In this document: in pieces, positions 25,684 through 38,328 of the stretch
How positions within the stretch are numbered: position 1 is the stretch's first letter
Layout: each line of letters begins with the position of its first letter
Assembly (NCBI GenBank): GCA_038087875.1
Contig: CM075990.1
Span: forward strand, 16,308,001-16,372,000
DNA length: 64,000 nt
Direction: 5' to 3'
From: Malacoraja senta
Lineage: Eukaryota
The notes under the pieces: generated by a model
Database searches by the model: none
Told to the model about the DNA's origin: nothing
What the model saw: only the letters and a program-made list of their open reading frames with translations
Position numbers and translations under genes: made by a program

Positions 25684-25956
25684 GTGCCAACTACAATGGA
25701 TGGATTTCTGTTTTATGGTCCTGTAGTTCCGGATGGTTATGGTGTTGCTTACAATCCACGTTTGGATCAGATTATCTTCTGCATCTCCTCCTTCAATAAT
25801 TGCAAGGAAACCTCTTCAGCCATGTTTGCAAAAGCTGTGGAGAAGAGTTTCAAAGAGATGAAAGACCTGTGTGTGAAGTACAACACCAAAGCCAAGCAGT
25901 GTTTTCTGGGGAATGCAACATACAGTGCTCAAAATGGAAGAAAATCACGGCAATAA
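25684..25956 (+). CDS. chat: ChAT last coding exon ([25 protein letters not shown]...GRKSRQ*)
   Basis: ccacag|GTG; YGPVVPxGYG motif; TAA stop at 25954-25956. Confidence 0.95.
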   Translation: MPTTMDGFLFYGPVVPDGYGVAYNPRLDQIIFCISSFNNCKETSSAMFAKAVEKSFKEMKDLCVKYNTKAKQCFLGNATYSAQNGRKSRQ

Positions 25957-27114
25957 AAGTTTGCGAATCGGGTTGAACTGTGAAATGGTCAAATGATCAT
26001 TTCTCTATGCCAAAGAATAGAGTTGTGTCAATTGGTATTAGTTTGAAGCCTACAAGTAACCTGGTGGCATATCAACTCATTATTGTTTGCACATGGTGAC
26101 TGAAGTGAATATAAAGAAGTTAAATGTACCATTAGTCTACTGTAACACTGTGTTAGTCATGTGAAAAATAGAAATGTATGTTCTGTACATAAGCTCTCGA
26201 TAAATAGGTCTGCCAAATATATTTTTGCATTGGTATTGATATTTGTGCCATCGAATCCATATCCTTGTGTTACGTACGCATTTTGATTCCTGATGGACTT
26301 GTTTTGTGATGTTGTATTTACATAATTTTAAAAGGCAGACAACAGCTCCATATCCCCATCAGCAAGAAATCCCAATGATGTTGAATGTAAAAGTTGCTGT
26401 GTGCTAAAATATGTGTTGTTGTTGTTGCAAACGCTCATCATAAATGTTTAACGTGTCCTGGTTTAAGCCTTTCTAGAAGTATTCTTGTGCAAGCTATTGT
26501 CGTGTACTTCTTAAAAGCAGCTCTGACAGTCTAGCCCTCCCTGGAGTATCATGGCATATGTTTTGTGCAGTCTATAAATGATTATGTTAGAGTCAATGGT
26601 GCATTCTATATCAAATGGCAATCAGATGAAACTATTTTTGTTCAAGATGCGTATCTGGTCCTATTAAAAGTATTATAATTATGCAATGAAAGATACTTAT
26701 TTTGCAAAATATATAACAAACAAATATATGTCTTTTATGGAGAATTAAGAAAATAAGATTCTGTATTTCGTGTTGGAAAATTATGAAAGTTGTATTTGGT
26801 ATTATATTATATTTTCTGACAATCTATTTATGATTTCAATGTAAGTTATTGTGTGTGATTGTGAAGATGATATTCATTGTCCATTACAAATATGGTACGT
26901 TGATGCTGCCTTGTTGTTTAGAATTGGTTTTATGGACCAAGTACATAGAGGTTCAATAGGAACAATTGTGCATGTTATTTAATGAAGTACTGTAAATTCA
27001 GGGAGGAACATTGTAACCACCAAAAACTTCCTCCATTGTGTATTTCAGAATAGACTAGGAATCAGTTTGTTGTATCCTGTGCCAAATCAGTTCACTCATC
27101 CAATGCATAACATA

Positions 27115-27120
27115 AATAAA
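27115..27120 (+). terminator. Probable chat polyadenylation signal (AATAAA) ending a ~1.16-kb TE-free AU-rich 3' UTR
   Basis: AATAAA followed by GT/T-rich sequence; repeats resume just downstream (27170). Confidence 0.55.
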
Positions 27121-27461
27121 ATGTTACTAGGAACCATGTCATGATCTTGGTGTTCAATATATTTGAGCAGTCTGAAGAAGAGTCCGGACCCAAAACATCA
27201 TTCATACATGTCCTCCAGAGACGCTGCCTCACCTACTGACTCTGTGACTCTGTGCATAGTGACTCCAGCATTTTGAGTCTTTCTTGGTAACCCAGCATCT
27301 GCATTTCCTTGCGAATCCAATATATTTTGTTTGTTTCTGACTTATAACGTGGATGCATAAGTTTAAAAAATGATAAGTGTAGGAGGGTGAATGAAAGAAT
27401 AACAGAAGATTCCAGTCAGTTGGTAAACAGGAAGAGTAATCAGTTTCCATCAGTAGGTTAA

Positions 27462-27752
27462 GTCCAGAACCAGGGGCCACAGTCTTAGAATAAAGGGGAG
27501 GCCATTTAAGACTGAGGTGAGGAAAAACGTTTTCACCCAGAGAGTTGTGAATTTGTGGAATTCCCTGCCACAGAGGGCAGTGGAGGCGAAATCACTGGAT
27601 GGATTTAAGAGAGAGTTAGATAGAGCTCAAGGGACTAGTGGAATCAAGGGATATGGGGAGAAGGCAGGCACGGGTTATTGATTGGGGACAATCAGCCATC
27701 ATTACAATGGCTCGAAGGGCCGAATGGCCTCCTCCTGCACCTATTTTCTGTG
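27462..27752 (+). mobile_element. CR1 LINE 3' fragment
   Basis: SRTRGHSLRIKG...FTQRVVNLWNSLPQ and CR1 3' UTR. Similar fragments at ~1402-1565, 18436-18670, 23596-23800(-), 28365-28715(-), 55558-55870(-). Confidence 0.85.
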
Positions 27753-29302
27753 TTAAAAAGCCATGCAACTAAAAATATCATTTGGAAAATGACAAACATT
27801 TATGACGCTGAACTGTCATAAATATTATTTATAAATTTAGATGAATACATAAAAATATTATAAAGTACAGACAAGTGGCAAATGAGAGCACCTATAAAGA
27901 CCAGTGTAGTTGGAAATAATGTTTTGAGATTGCATTTTCTATATTTCTATCTGTAATCAAACTGATCCATTAGATTTATCACTGCGATTCTTGATGAGTT
28001 GCCCATATTTTAAGATGTAGTTTGGACTTAAATGTTTTATTCAATAGCACTGCTTCTGAACAAGTCAGTGTGAATTTATGTGACAACTTGTGATTAAAAA
28101 TATCACTCTTAATTGATTAGAATCAAGTCCTTTGAATAAATTCCTAGCAGTGGCCATTGTGAAGCTGGGACTGGGAAAGTAAAGTGACTTGATTTGCCAC
28201 CATTAAAAATGATCCTTTTAACATTTATGCCATTGCATTCGATAATAATAAGAACTTATTTAAATAGAGTGGAAAGGTGTTTGCAAGAAAGAAGATGAAT
28301 AATGTGTACATCATTTTCTACAGAACAAATCCATGGGAGGTGGGTCACACAGACTGGAAATTATCATAAGGTCATAAGTGCTAGGAGCAGATTAGGCCAT
28401 TCGGCCCATCAAGTCTACTCTGCCATTCAATCATGGCAGATCTATCTCTCCCTCCTAACCCCATTCTACTTCTTTCTCCCCATAACCCCTGACACTCATT
28501 CTAATCAAGAATATATCTATCTCTGTCTTGAAAATATCCATTGATTTGGCCTCCACAGCCTTCTGTGGCAAAGAATCCCACAGATTCACCACCCTCTGAC
28601 TAAAAAATTTCCCCTTCATCTCCTTCCTAAAGGAATGTCCTTTACTTCTGAGTCCTAGACTTTCCCGCCAGGGGAAACATCCTCGCCACATCCACGCTGT
28701 CCAAGCCTTTCACTATACCTCAGTACCCTTGCCAGAACAAGCAATAGAAGGGGTTACAATTATGACTTTTAATAGGCATTTGGACAGATATATGGTTAGG
28801 AAGGGTTTAGGGAGGTAGGGTCAATTGCAGACAAATTGGACTAGCCCTGTATACCAACTTGGTCGGCATGGACATGGAGGGCTGAAGAGTCTGCCTGAGT
28901 CTGTGTTGTATAGCTCTTTGACTCCATCACTCTATCTGTGACTGTCACTGTATCACTCTAGCAGCGACTATGAAAAAAAAGGTTAGATTATAAATACTGG
29001 GAAGTAAAAACTGAATTTTACTGAGGAGTGATTTGTATAAATACACTTCAGTTACTCAAACCACATCATAAATACATTGAACAGCATTGCTTCTTCAGTA
29101 AACTAGTCCAAATTTTGCTTCAAGAAATAATATTTTGTAAAATAAAATGCAGTTTTATGTTATGTTATTCTATTTATTTGAGATTAGCTTTTAAACATAT
29201 TAATATTGTTCATGAGTGTTATAAAAACACAGAGCTGATGGAAAGTTTTGAATGTCGGTATTTACGTGACAATCAGAAATAATTTTCTCTCTTTCTCTTT
29301 CT

Positions 29303-29637
29303 GTGAGCGTGTGAATGTGTGTGTGCATGTGTGTGTGTGTGCGTGTGTGTGTGTGTGTGTGTGTGCATGTGTGTGTGTATGTGTGTGTGCGTGTGTGTGC
29401 GTGTGTGTGTGCGTGTGTGTGTGTGCATGTGTGTGTGCGTGTGTGTGCGTGTGTGTGCATGTGTATGTGTGTGTGTGCGCATGTGTGTGTGCATGTGTGT
29501 GTGTATGTGTGTGTGCATGTGTGTGTGTGTGTGTGTATGTGTGTGTGTATGTGTGTGTGTGTGTGCGCATGTTTATGTGTGTGTGCATGTGTGTGTGTGT
29601 GCATGTGTGCGTGTGTGTGTATGTGTGTGTGTGTGCA

Positions 29638-29668
<31 letters not shown>

Positions 29669-30014
29669 GCATGTGTGTGTGTATGTGTGTGTGCGTGTGT
29701 GTGTGTATGTGTGTGTGTGTGCGCATGTGTGTGTGTGTGTGTGTGTGTGTGCATATGTGTGTGTATGTGTGTGCATGTGTGTGTGTGTATGCATGTGTGT
29801 GTGTGTGCGCATGTGTGTGTGTGTGCATGTGTGTGTGTGTATGTGTGCATGTGTGTGTGTGTGTGTGCGTGCATGTGTGTGTGCGTGCGTGTGTGTGCGT
29901 GTGTGTGTGTGTGCATGTGTGTGCATGTGTGCATGTGTGTGTGTATGTGTGTGCGTGAGTGTGTGTGTGTGTGTGTGCGTGTGTATGTGTGCATGTGTGT
30001 GTGTGTATGTGTGT

Positions 30015-30050
<36 letters not shown>

Positions 30051-30133
30051 GTGTGTATGTGTGTGTGCGTGTGTGTGTGTGTGTGCATGTGTGTGTGTAT
30101 GTGTGTGTGCATGTGTGTGTGTGTGTGTGTGTA

Positions 30134-30182
<49 letters not shown>

Positions 30183-30261
30183 ATGTGTGTGTGTGTGTGT
30201 GTGCATGTGTGTGTGTGTGTGTGTGTGTGCGTGCGTGTGTGTGTGTGTGCATGTGTGTGTG

Positions 30262-30295
<34 letters not shown>

Positions 30296-30337
30296 CGGGT
30301 GCGTGTGCGTGTGCGTGCGTGTGCGTGTGCATGTGCG

Positions 30338-30371
<34 letters not shown>
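29303..30371. repeat. Compound (TG/CA)n microsatellite, ~1.07 kb
   Basis: TG repeat interrupted by CA/CG/TA dinucleotides; source of the spurious His-Thr and Cys-Val ORFs. Confidence 0.98.
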
Positions 30372-30765
30372 AAGATCAACACTCACAACCTAGTGTAGCC
30401 TATCTCGTTCCATTCTGACAAACTTTCTTGCCTCTCCCAACTAATTAGATATTCTTCTGGTTAGGTATTTTTGTTAGGCAATAAATTCACTAACTACATC
30501 TGCAGTAATCTAACTGATTGCACCGAGCAATTACAGCAATAAAATAAAATCTTTTGAAAAGTCCAGACAGGATTTTGCGTTCATTGTTCATTTACACTTG
30601 GCCAAAGCTGGGCTTATAAATCAGCTTCATCCACACTGGACATATAAAATCATTTAAAATTGATATTTGTTGGAAGGAATTGCAGATGGTGATTTACACC
30701 ATAACCTCAAAATGCTGGAGTAACTCAGCAGGGCAGGCAGCATCTCTGGAAAGAAGGAGTATGCC

Positions 30766-30799
30766 GGTCTGAAGAAGGGTTTCGGCCCGAAACGTTACC
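30766..30799 (+). ncRNA. Minimal type-I hammerhead ribozyme motif (Penelope-like terminus)
   Basis: GGT-CTGAAGA-A-GGGT(TTCG)GCCC-GAAAC-GTT-ACC; 3-bp stem I GGU/ACC. Confidence 0.6.
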
Positions 30800-31504
30800 T
30801 ATTTCCTTCGCTCCATAGATGCTGCTGCACCTGCTGAGTTTCTCCAGCACTTTTGTGTACCTTCTCTGGAAAGAAGGAATGGGTGATGTTTCGGGTCGGG
30901 GCTCTTCTTCAGACTTGATAAATTAATATTTCTTTTGTGAGTATTAGTGCTAGGATATTAGGTTAACAATTTATCTGTGAGTTAGCATGGTCTATAAAGA
31001 CAGAATCTTAACCAGTCAACAGCGTTTGGAAAGAGAGTTTCACCTGAGAGTGTGAAGTGAGGGTCATGGAAGAGGTCATGCCTCGTTCCTGGACCCATAC
31101 CAGCACATCACTGCATAATCACTGTGCATTTGCTCGATAGTTGGGTCCTTTGTTCTGGCTCATTTAATAACTGAACCAGCCTGCAGTTCCTTAGTTCAGT
31201 AAATGGTGCTGTTCTTTTATATCTAAATATTGGTTTCATGCGACACCATAAACTTGTATATGCTTACAACTCGTTTAAGAAAGATCTGCAGATGCTGGAA
31301 AAATCGAAGGTAGACAAAAATGCTGGAGAAACTCAGCGGGTGAGGCAGCATCTATGGAGCGAAGGAATAGGTGACGATTTGGGTCAGACCCTTCGGTCTA
31401 CCCGAAACGTCACCTATTTCCTGCGCTCCATAGATGCAGCCTCACCCGCTGAGTTTCTCCAGCATTTTTGTCTAACTTATATTGGTTCAACTACTTTTGT
31501 ATGT

Positions 31505-31820
31505 TTAGTTTAGTTCGGTTTCGAGACATAGCATTGAAACAGGCCCTTTGGCCCACCGAGTCCAAACCTATCATCAATCACACTAGTTCTATGTTATCCC
31601 ATTTTCACACCCACTCCCCTTCACATCAGGGGCAATTTACAGAGACCAAATAACCCAACAAACCTGCACGTCTTTGGGATGTGTGAAGAAACCGGAGCAC
31701 CCAAAGGAAACCCACGCGGTCACAGGGGGAACGTGCAAACTCCACACTGACAGCAATTGAGGTCAGGATTGAACCCGGGTCTCTGGTGCTGTGAGGCAAC
31801 AGCTCTACCCACTGCGCCAT
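31505..31820 (-). mobile_element. V-SINE/HE1-like tRNA-derived SINE
   Basis: Reverse complement of the SINE head, core and (CTAAA)n tail. Other - copies at ~38985-39326, 42335-42626, 44782-44937. Confidence 0.8.
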
Positions 31821-33599
31821 TATGTTGTACAACCATACGACTTTAAATACAAATGAGTTTGCTCAGGTTGGGCCGATATGCAAAGTAACTGCTTGCTCAC
31901 CACTCTGACCACAGAAACAGATACATCAGGCAGATTTGACACCAGTCAGATCCCCAAAGCATTTTGAATTCACAACTCACTTGGCGGCACAGTGGAAACT
32001 CCAGGGACCCAGGTTCAATCCTGACCTGGGGTGCTTTCTGTGTGGAGTATGCATGCTTTTCCTGTGACCGTGTGAGTTTCCTTTGGGTGCTCCGGTTTCT
32101 TCCCACATCAGAAAGATGTGCAGGTTTGTATGTTAATTGGCCTCTGCAAATTATCCCTAGTGTGTAGGGAGTGGATGAGAAAACGAGATAACATAAAACT
32201 AGTGTGAATGGGTGTGATAGTTGGCGCGAACGGTGGGCCGAATGGCCTCTTTCCATGCTGTATCTCTAAAAGATAAACAAGTTTAAAAAAAATGCCACAA
32301 TACTAAATATGAGACACCATTCCAGAGGAGAGGGGAATGTGACTTACTATCAATACAGTGTGTCAGAATAGAATGTCTTGAAACTTCTATGCTGGCGACA
32401 GCTGGTGAAAAGATAGAATCCCATTGTCCATTTCCCTTCACAGATGCTGAAATGTAGGAAAATATAAAATATGGTTTGGGATTAAACTTGTTCACATTGC
32501 TTCTGGTGCCTTTCTTCAGAATACATTTGTACTCAATGCAAAACAAAAGTAAAATTGTACTCAATGCAAAAAAAAATAAAAACGTTGCTCCTAAAATGGG
32601 TCCTGACCCCAAAAAGTTGGCTCTCCATTCCATCCACAGATGCTGCCTGACCCTCCAGGGAATTGTGTTCCTCCAGCAAATTGTTTTTTTGCTACAAATC
32701 CCACTGTACGCTCGATCTAAGATCGAGAGCTCAGTAGCATGGTGTCACGAATGGGTGATGCCAGCCATTCCTTCTCTCCAGAGATGTTGCCTGTCCCGCT
32801 GAGTTACTCCAGCATTTTGTGTCTACCTTCGAATAGGTTAGGCGGTAGACCCAATCTTCCAACCTACCTCATTACAGACATTGGACTTTTTTCTCTGGAA
32901 CCGCAATGTTACAACGCTGAAAATCTAATGTTTGCACTCTGGTATATTTCTCTCTACTCTACCTGTTGTACTTGTGCAAGCATGATTGTACTCTGATTCA
33001 ACTGGATCGCAAGCAAACAAAAGCCCTTCACTGTATCTTGGTACACCTGACAACAATAAACCAATTCCAATAAAGTCAGATTCCAAGCCAGAAACTAATG
33101 GAACAAAATCAATCACACACAAGGCACAAAACATCACTAAATTATGTTGAACACTTGCCAACAAATATAATATTGTCGCCCTGCTACAAATGGTAACCCT
33201 TGTAAGCGTTGTAAACAGTGATTGCAATCCAACCCTGGTCGTAGTCACCCAAAAAGATTACGTTAGCTGACAACAGAGGTCAGATCTGTGTCTTGGTCCA
33301 ACCAAAGATCTTTAGAATTGTGGGGAGGTTTCTAGGAAGCAGTGAAACATTGCTGTATGTTTCCATGTCTTAAAGTAAACACTTCACTTGCAAGGAGCGG
33401 GGAATTAAAAGCTGGTAATCTGAAGTAAGGGGACAGTGATACCTGCCTCACCCCTCCCTCTCACCTCTATCTTCTCCCTGCGCTCTCAGTCCTGATGCAG
33501 GGTCTCGACCTGAAGCGCTCGCCTCCACAGACGCTGCCTGGCCCGCTGAGTTCCTCCAGCAGATTGAGTGCTTTGACTGCACTGAGTGAGGGTGGGGTA

Positions 33600-33722
33600 G
33601 TTACCAAGGCATCACCAACTTGCCCCACTGCCTGCTCTCCTCCGGAAGCTTACATCACTCCTATTGAGCCGAGTGAGTTCATTTCCTTAGCAACATTTAG
33701 TGTTGTCGGTTGTCAGGGCGAT
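33600..33722 (+). promoter_or_regulatory. Cluster of three RFX X-box-like motifs upstream of the C10orf53 homologue
   Basis: GTTACCAAGGCATC (33600-33613), ATTTCCTTAGCAAC (33681-33694) and GTTGTCAGGGCGAT (33709-33722), all within 165 bp of ATG 33764. Confidence 0.5.
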
Positions 33723-33763
33723 GTGAGATAGTTTGCGCTGAACGACAACTGGCTGGCGTCTCC

Positions 33764-33857
33764 ATGAGTCTGTCACAGAAAGTAACCATCCGTTACGGTC
33801 CCTATGAAGCCAATGGAGTGGTGGACTACAGGACTTGGCGGCTCATCGGACTCCAGA
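33764..33857 (+). CDS. c10orf53: UPF0728 protein C10orf53 homologue, exon 1 (MSLSQKVTIRYGPYEANGVVDYRTWRLIGLQ)
   Basis: RYGPY...RLxGLQ matches recalled C10orf53 N-terminus; A|gtaagg donor; syntenic between CHAT and OGDHL. Confidence 0.92.
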
Positions 33858-34940
33858 GTAAGGGAATTTACCATACGATAGAACCTCATTTATCCCAGGA
33901 AGGAAATTGATCTGCCAACAGTCATAAAAACACATGAAACATGAAATTAAAGTGACGAGTGGAAAGGCTTGGGGGGATGGGGGAAGATTGGGTGTGGGGG
34001 GGGGAGTCAGTCTCAGTCTACCCCACGACAGAAGGGGGAGGACTGGTACAGTTTGATAGCCACAGGGCAGAAGGATCTCACGTGGCGTCTTGGCACATCT
34101 TCATATTCAAAGATAAATTTCATCTATAAATAAGTACAGGCTGGAATACCATGCAATCGTTGCACCTCTCACTCTGCGTTTATTATACGATACACCATAG
34201 AGTCATAGAGTGATACAGCGTGGAAACAGGCCCTTCAGCCCAACTTGCCCATACCAGCCAACATGTCCCAGCTACACTAGTCCCACCTGCCTGTGTTTGG
34301 TCCATATCCCTCCAAACCTGTCCTATCCATGTACCTGTCTAACTGTTTCTTAGACGTTGGGATAGTCCCAACCTCAACTACCTCCTCTGGCAGCTTGTTC
34401 CATCCACCCACCACCCTTTGTGTAGAAAAAGTTTCCTCTCAGATTCCTATTAAATCTTACCCCCTTCATGAACCTCCGGTCCTCCTTGATTCAGCTACTC
34501 CGGGCAAGAGACTGGGCATCCACCCGATCTATTCCTCTCATGCCACTCATATTTCCACCACTGCCACTCACAGTTCCTCTTTACACTATAAAGTGTTGGG
34601 GCTGGCTATAGTCCAAGTCCCAAAGTGAAACTAAAATATTTCATCAGGAAAGGTATAATGAGACAGTTATATCGACATCCACTTGTTGTACAGCACTGGG
34701 AGCATATCATGTGCTGTGTTTTGGTCTATATATTCTACTTGAGTTTGATTTTGTTGTATTGATGTATAAGTACATGTTCAGTAGAAGGTGAAGTTGAAGT
34801 TGATGTATTCAGTAGAAGTTGCAATCAATGTCGTACATAGCATTGTAAGGCACCATGCCCGTTGTTTTCAACGATGATGATGACGATGATGATGATATGT
34901 ATAACGTTATTTGATCTTTTTGGATAACATGCGATACAAA

Positions 34941-35456
34941 GATGAGGAAGGACATTCTTGCTATTGAGGGAGTGCAGCGTAGGTTCACCAGGTTAATTCC
35001 CGGGATGGCGGGACTGTCATATGTTGAAAGAATGGAGTGACTGGGCTTGTATACACTGGAATTTAGAAGGATGAGAGGAAATCTTATTGAAACATATAAG
35101 ATTATTAAGGGATTGGACACGCTAGAGGCAGGAAACATGTTCCCGATGTTGGGGGAGTCCAGAACCAGGGGCCACAGTTTAAGAATAAGGGGTAGGCCAT
35201 TTAGAACGGAGATGAGGAAACACTTTTTCACCCAGAGAGTAGTGAATCTGTGGAATTCTCTGCCTCAGAAGACTCTGGATGCTTTCAAGAGAGAGCTAGA
35301 TAGGGCTCTTAACAATAGCAGAGTCAGGGGATATGGGGAGAAGGCAGGAACGGAATACTGATTGCGGATGATCAACCATGATCACAATGAATGGCGGTGA
35401 TGGCTCGAAGGGCAGAATGGCCTACTCCTGCACCTATTGTCTATTGTCTATTGTCT
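34941..35456 (+). mobile_element. CR1 LINE 3' fragment in c10orf53 intron 1
   Basis: EGVQRRFTRLIPG...FTQRVVNLWNSLPQ...GEKAGT; (CTATTGT)n tail. Confidence 0.88.
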
Positions 35457-35904
35457 GGTGAAGGAACAGTGGAATGGAATTAATAGATTGTCCTTTGCAT
35501 GAGATGTTAGAATGTACTGAATCATTTTACATGGGATCTTCTAAGCCTTGGAGATTCCAACTGGAGATAATGGTTTGAGTTCCTCTGTGCGAGAGCGCTG
35601 AGGTATAAATGTGCAGGGAAGAACTGCAGATAATTGTGTATTCTGACACAGGGGACTTGGAAAGTTGAAAGGTGTTCAAACAAGAGAGTACAAGAAAGTA
35701 CCCTCCACCTTCGGGATTTAATAATTAAATGTTGTAGTGGTGCCTCACTTAAGTTTCACAAATTCAACATCAAATCAAAATCTAAAAATCAAACCTAAAA
35801 TGGCTGCACTAAACTTGGAGGGTGAAGCAAAAATTAAGATGGGGATGCGAGGAAATGCAGATGCTGGTTTACAAAAAAAAGACACAAAGTGCTGGAGTAA
35901 CCAT

Positions 35905-36460
35905 ATGGAGAATGAATATGAATATAACTTTAATTGTCATTCAGGTATACACATAGACACAGTGCACATTGAACGAAATTTCATTGCATTGACTCTTCAA
36001 AGTAGCAGTAGAATATAACATTTATATCAGGCGATCAGTAAAAGTGCTTAGTGTGTCCATAAAAAGTGCTTCATGTGCATAGTTAAAAAAGGAACGTTTT
36101 TAAAAGTGGCAATGTATAAGAAAGTTCTAGCATCGGTTTGATTGTGAGTTCAATAGTCTTATGGCCTGGGGGATGAAACTGTTGCAGAACCTGGTTGTCC
36201 CGCTCTTCATGCTGCGGTACCTCCTCCCAGAGTTCAGCAGTGTAAACAGTCCATATTGTGGGTGTGTGGGGCTCTGGTAATGCCCTTAGCTCTTGTCAGA
36301 CAGCGTTTGTAACCAATGTCCATGATGGAAGGAAGAGAAGTCCCAATGAATTTTTCCGCTGTCCTCACCACTCTCTGAAGGCACTTCCAGTCCGCAGCTG
36401 TACAGCCGCCGCACCACATAGAGATGCAGCTGGTCATGACTGATTCAATGGTGCTTCTGT
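35905..36460 (-). mobile_element. Rex1/Babar-like LINE 3' fragment
   Basis: YRSTIESVMTSCISMW...LQRVVRTAEKFIGTSLPS motif. Confidence 0.78.
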
Positions 36461-37809
36461 AGAGTTTGTACGTTCTCCCTGTGACCTGCGTGGGTTTTTG
36501 TCTGGAAGCTCCGGTTTCCTCCCAAACTCCAGACGGACAGGTTTGTAGGTTAATTGGCTGAGTAAAATTGTAAATTGTCGATAGTGTGTGTAGGATAGTG
36601 CTAGTGTGTGTGGGTCGCTGGTCGGCGGGGATAGACATAAAATGCTGGAGTAACTCAAGCAGGACAGGCAGCATCTCTGGACAGAAGGAATGGGTAATGT
36701 TTTGGGTCGAGACCCCGGTCGGCGGGGACCCAGTGGGTCGGGGGGGGTCCCGTTTCCGCGCTGCATCTCTAAAACTCAACAGGTCAGACTGCATCTCCGG
36801 AGAACATCCAGCATTTTGTGTCTGTTTAAGCAAAAGATAAGGTCTCAAATGAGTCGAGCAAAGAAAAAAGTGAGCCTAATAATGCCTTAGCATCTCCAAA
36901 GGTCCAAAGGTCCAAAGGCATCTCAGTCCCATTACTGGGTTCAGTTGCATTGAAATGATGAATGAATGAATGAATGAATGAATAAGTTTATTGGCCAAGT
37001 ATTCACATACAAGGAATTTGCCTTGGTGCTCCGCCCGCAAGTGACAACATGACATACAGTGACAGTTAGGAATGACACATAAAACATTAAACATTAATAA
37101 TAAAACATTATTGATTAAACATGTGAATTAAATAAAATACCAGCGCAAAAGGAGGCTACAGATTTTTGGTTCTTGAGTAGAGCTAGTACTCGTGATGCCT
37201 CTACTGGGACCAAATGAAATGATTTCTCCTCAGTGGGGAGAACGTTTGAAGCCCAAAGATAAACCTTGTGGTTTATCATCACTGCATACAGATTGCACTC
37301 TGTCTTTGGAGTCCACTGATAGAGTGATTCATATTGAATGACCGTTTGACCAATTTGACCATTTATGTGACCAATTCCCCTCCTGGGATAAATAAAGTTC
37401 TATCGTGTCGTATCGTATCGTACGATGGGGGCGGTGACCTTACTCCTGGTCCCATTTTCTTATTTTCTTGTGAAAATCTGCACGTTCTCAGATTTATGCT
37501 AAAGATTTTTTCCTCTGAACTGCCACCAGGATAGATGTGGTGCACGCTCAGTGATTCTATTTGTTTCAGCACAGCAAGGGAGAAAGGTTCATCACAGTTA
37601 CTTTGTGCCTTTTTGAATTGACCCAAGATCCAAGAGTTAAGACTCTCGACTCCCCAATCAAAAGTCAATAATCAAGAGTGTTTCATTGTCATATTGACCC
37701 ACTACGAAACAATGAAATTCTTACTAAATTACAGGCAAATTGCTGTTACTGAATTTATCTTTTTGAATTGATTGAATTAATTTAAGTATAGACACTTATT
37801 TATGACTAT

Positions 37810-38315
37810 AGTCCATAATGGGTACTGAACTCCCCTCCATTGAAGGGATCTACAGGAGACTCTGCTTCAAAAAGGCAGCCAGCATCATCAAGGACCCACA
37901 CCACCCAGGCCACACACTCATATCACTCCTGCCATTGAGAAGAAAGTACAAGAGTCTGAAAACTATGACCTGCATCTTCAGGAACAGTTTCTTCTTAATA
38001 ACTATCTTGAACACAACAAACACCAACTAAACTATGAACTGTCTTGGCTGCATTAGGAACCCAGAGTTTTTGTTTGGCTTTAATATTGTTTATTTTAAAT
38101 TAATTGAACATTATTTTGCTTAATCTGTTATCCATGAGTACTGTGTTTACAGACCTGTTAAGCTGCTGAAAGTAAGAATTTGTGTAAGAATTTGTCCTTC
38201 TCTCCAGAGATGCTGCCTGTCCCGCTGAGTTACTCCAGCATTTTGTGACTATCTTGGCAAGTAAGAATTGAATTGTTCTGTTTTCGGTACATGTGACAAT
38301 TAAACACTCTTGACA
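37810..38315 (+). mobile_element. Rex1/Babar-like LINE 3' fragment abutting the c10orf53 exon 2 acceptor
   Basis: GTELPSIEGIY...IIKDPHHPGHTLISLLP...RNSFF; tail gtgacaattaaacactcttgac. Confidence 0.75.
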
Positions 38316-38328
38316 CCCTCTTTTGAAG

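Noticed and set aside
25945..25956. C-terminal SRQ as a peroxisomal PTS1 (as in carnitine acyltransferases)
   Set aside because: Terminal Gln does not fit the S/A-K/R-L/M consensus.
29200..30418. His/Thr- and Cys/Val-rich ORFs
   Set aside because: Translations of the (TG)n microsatellite.
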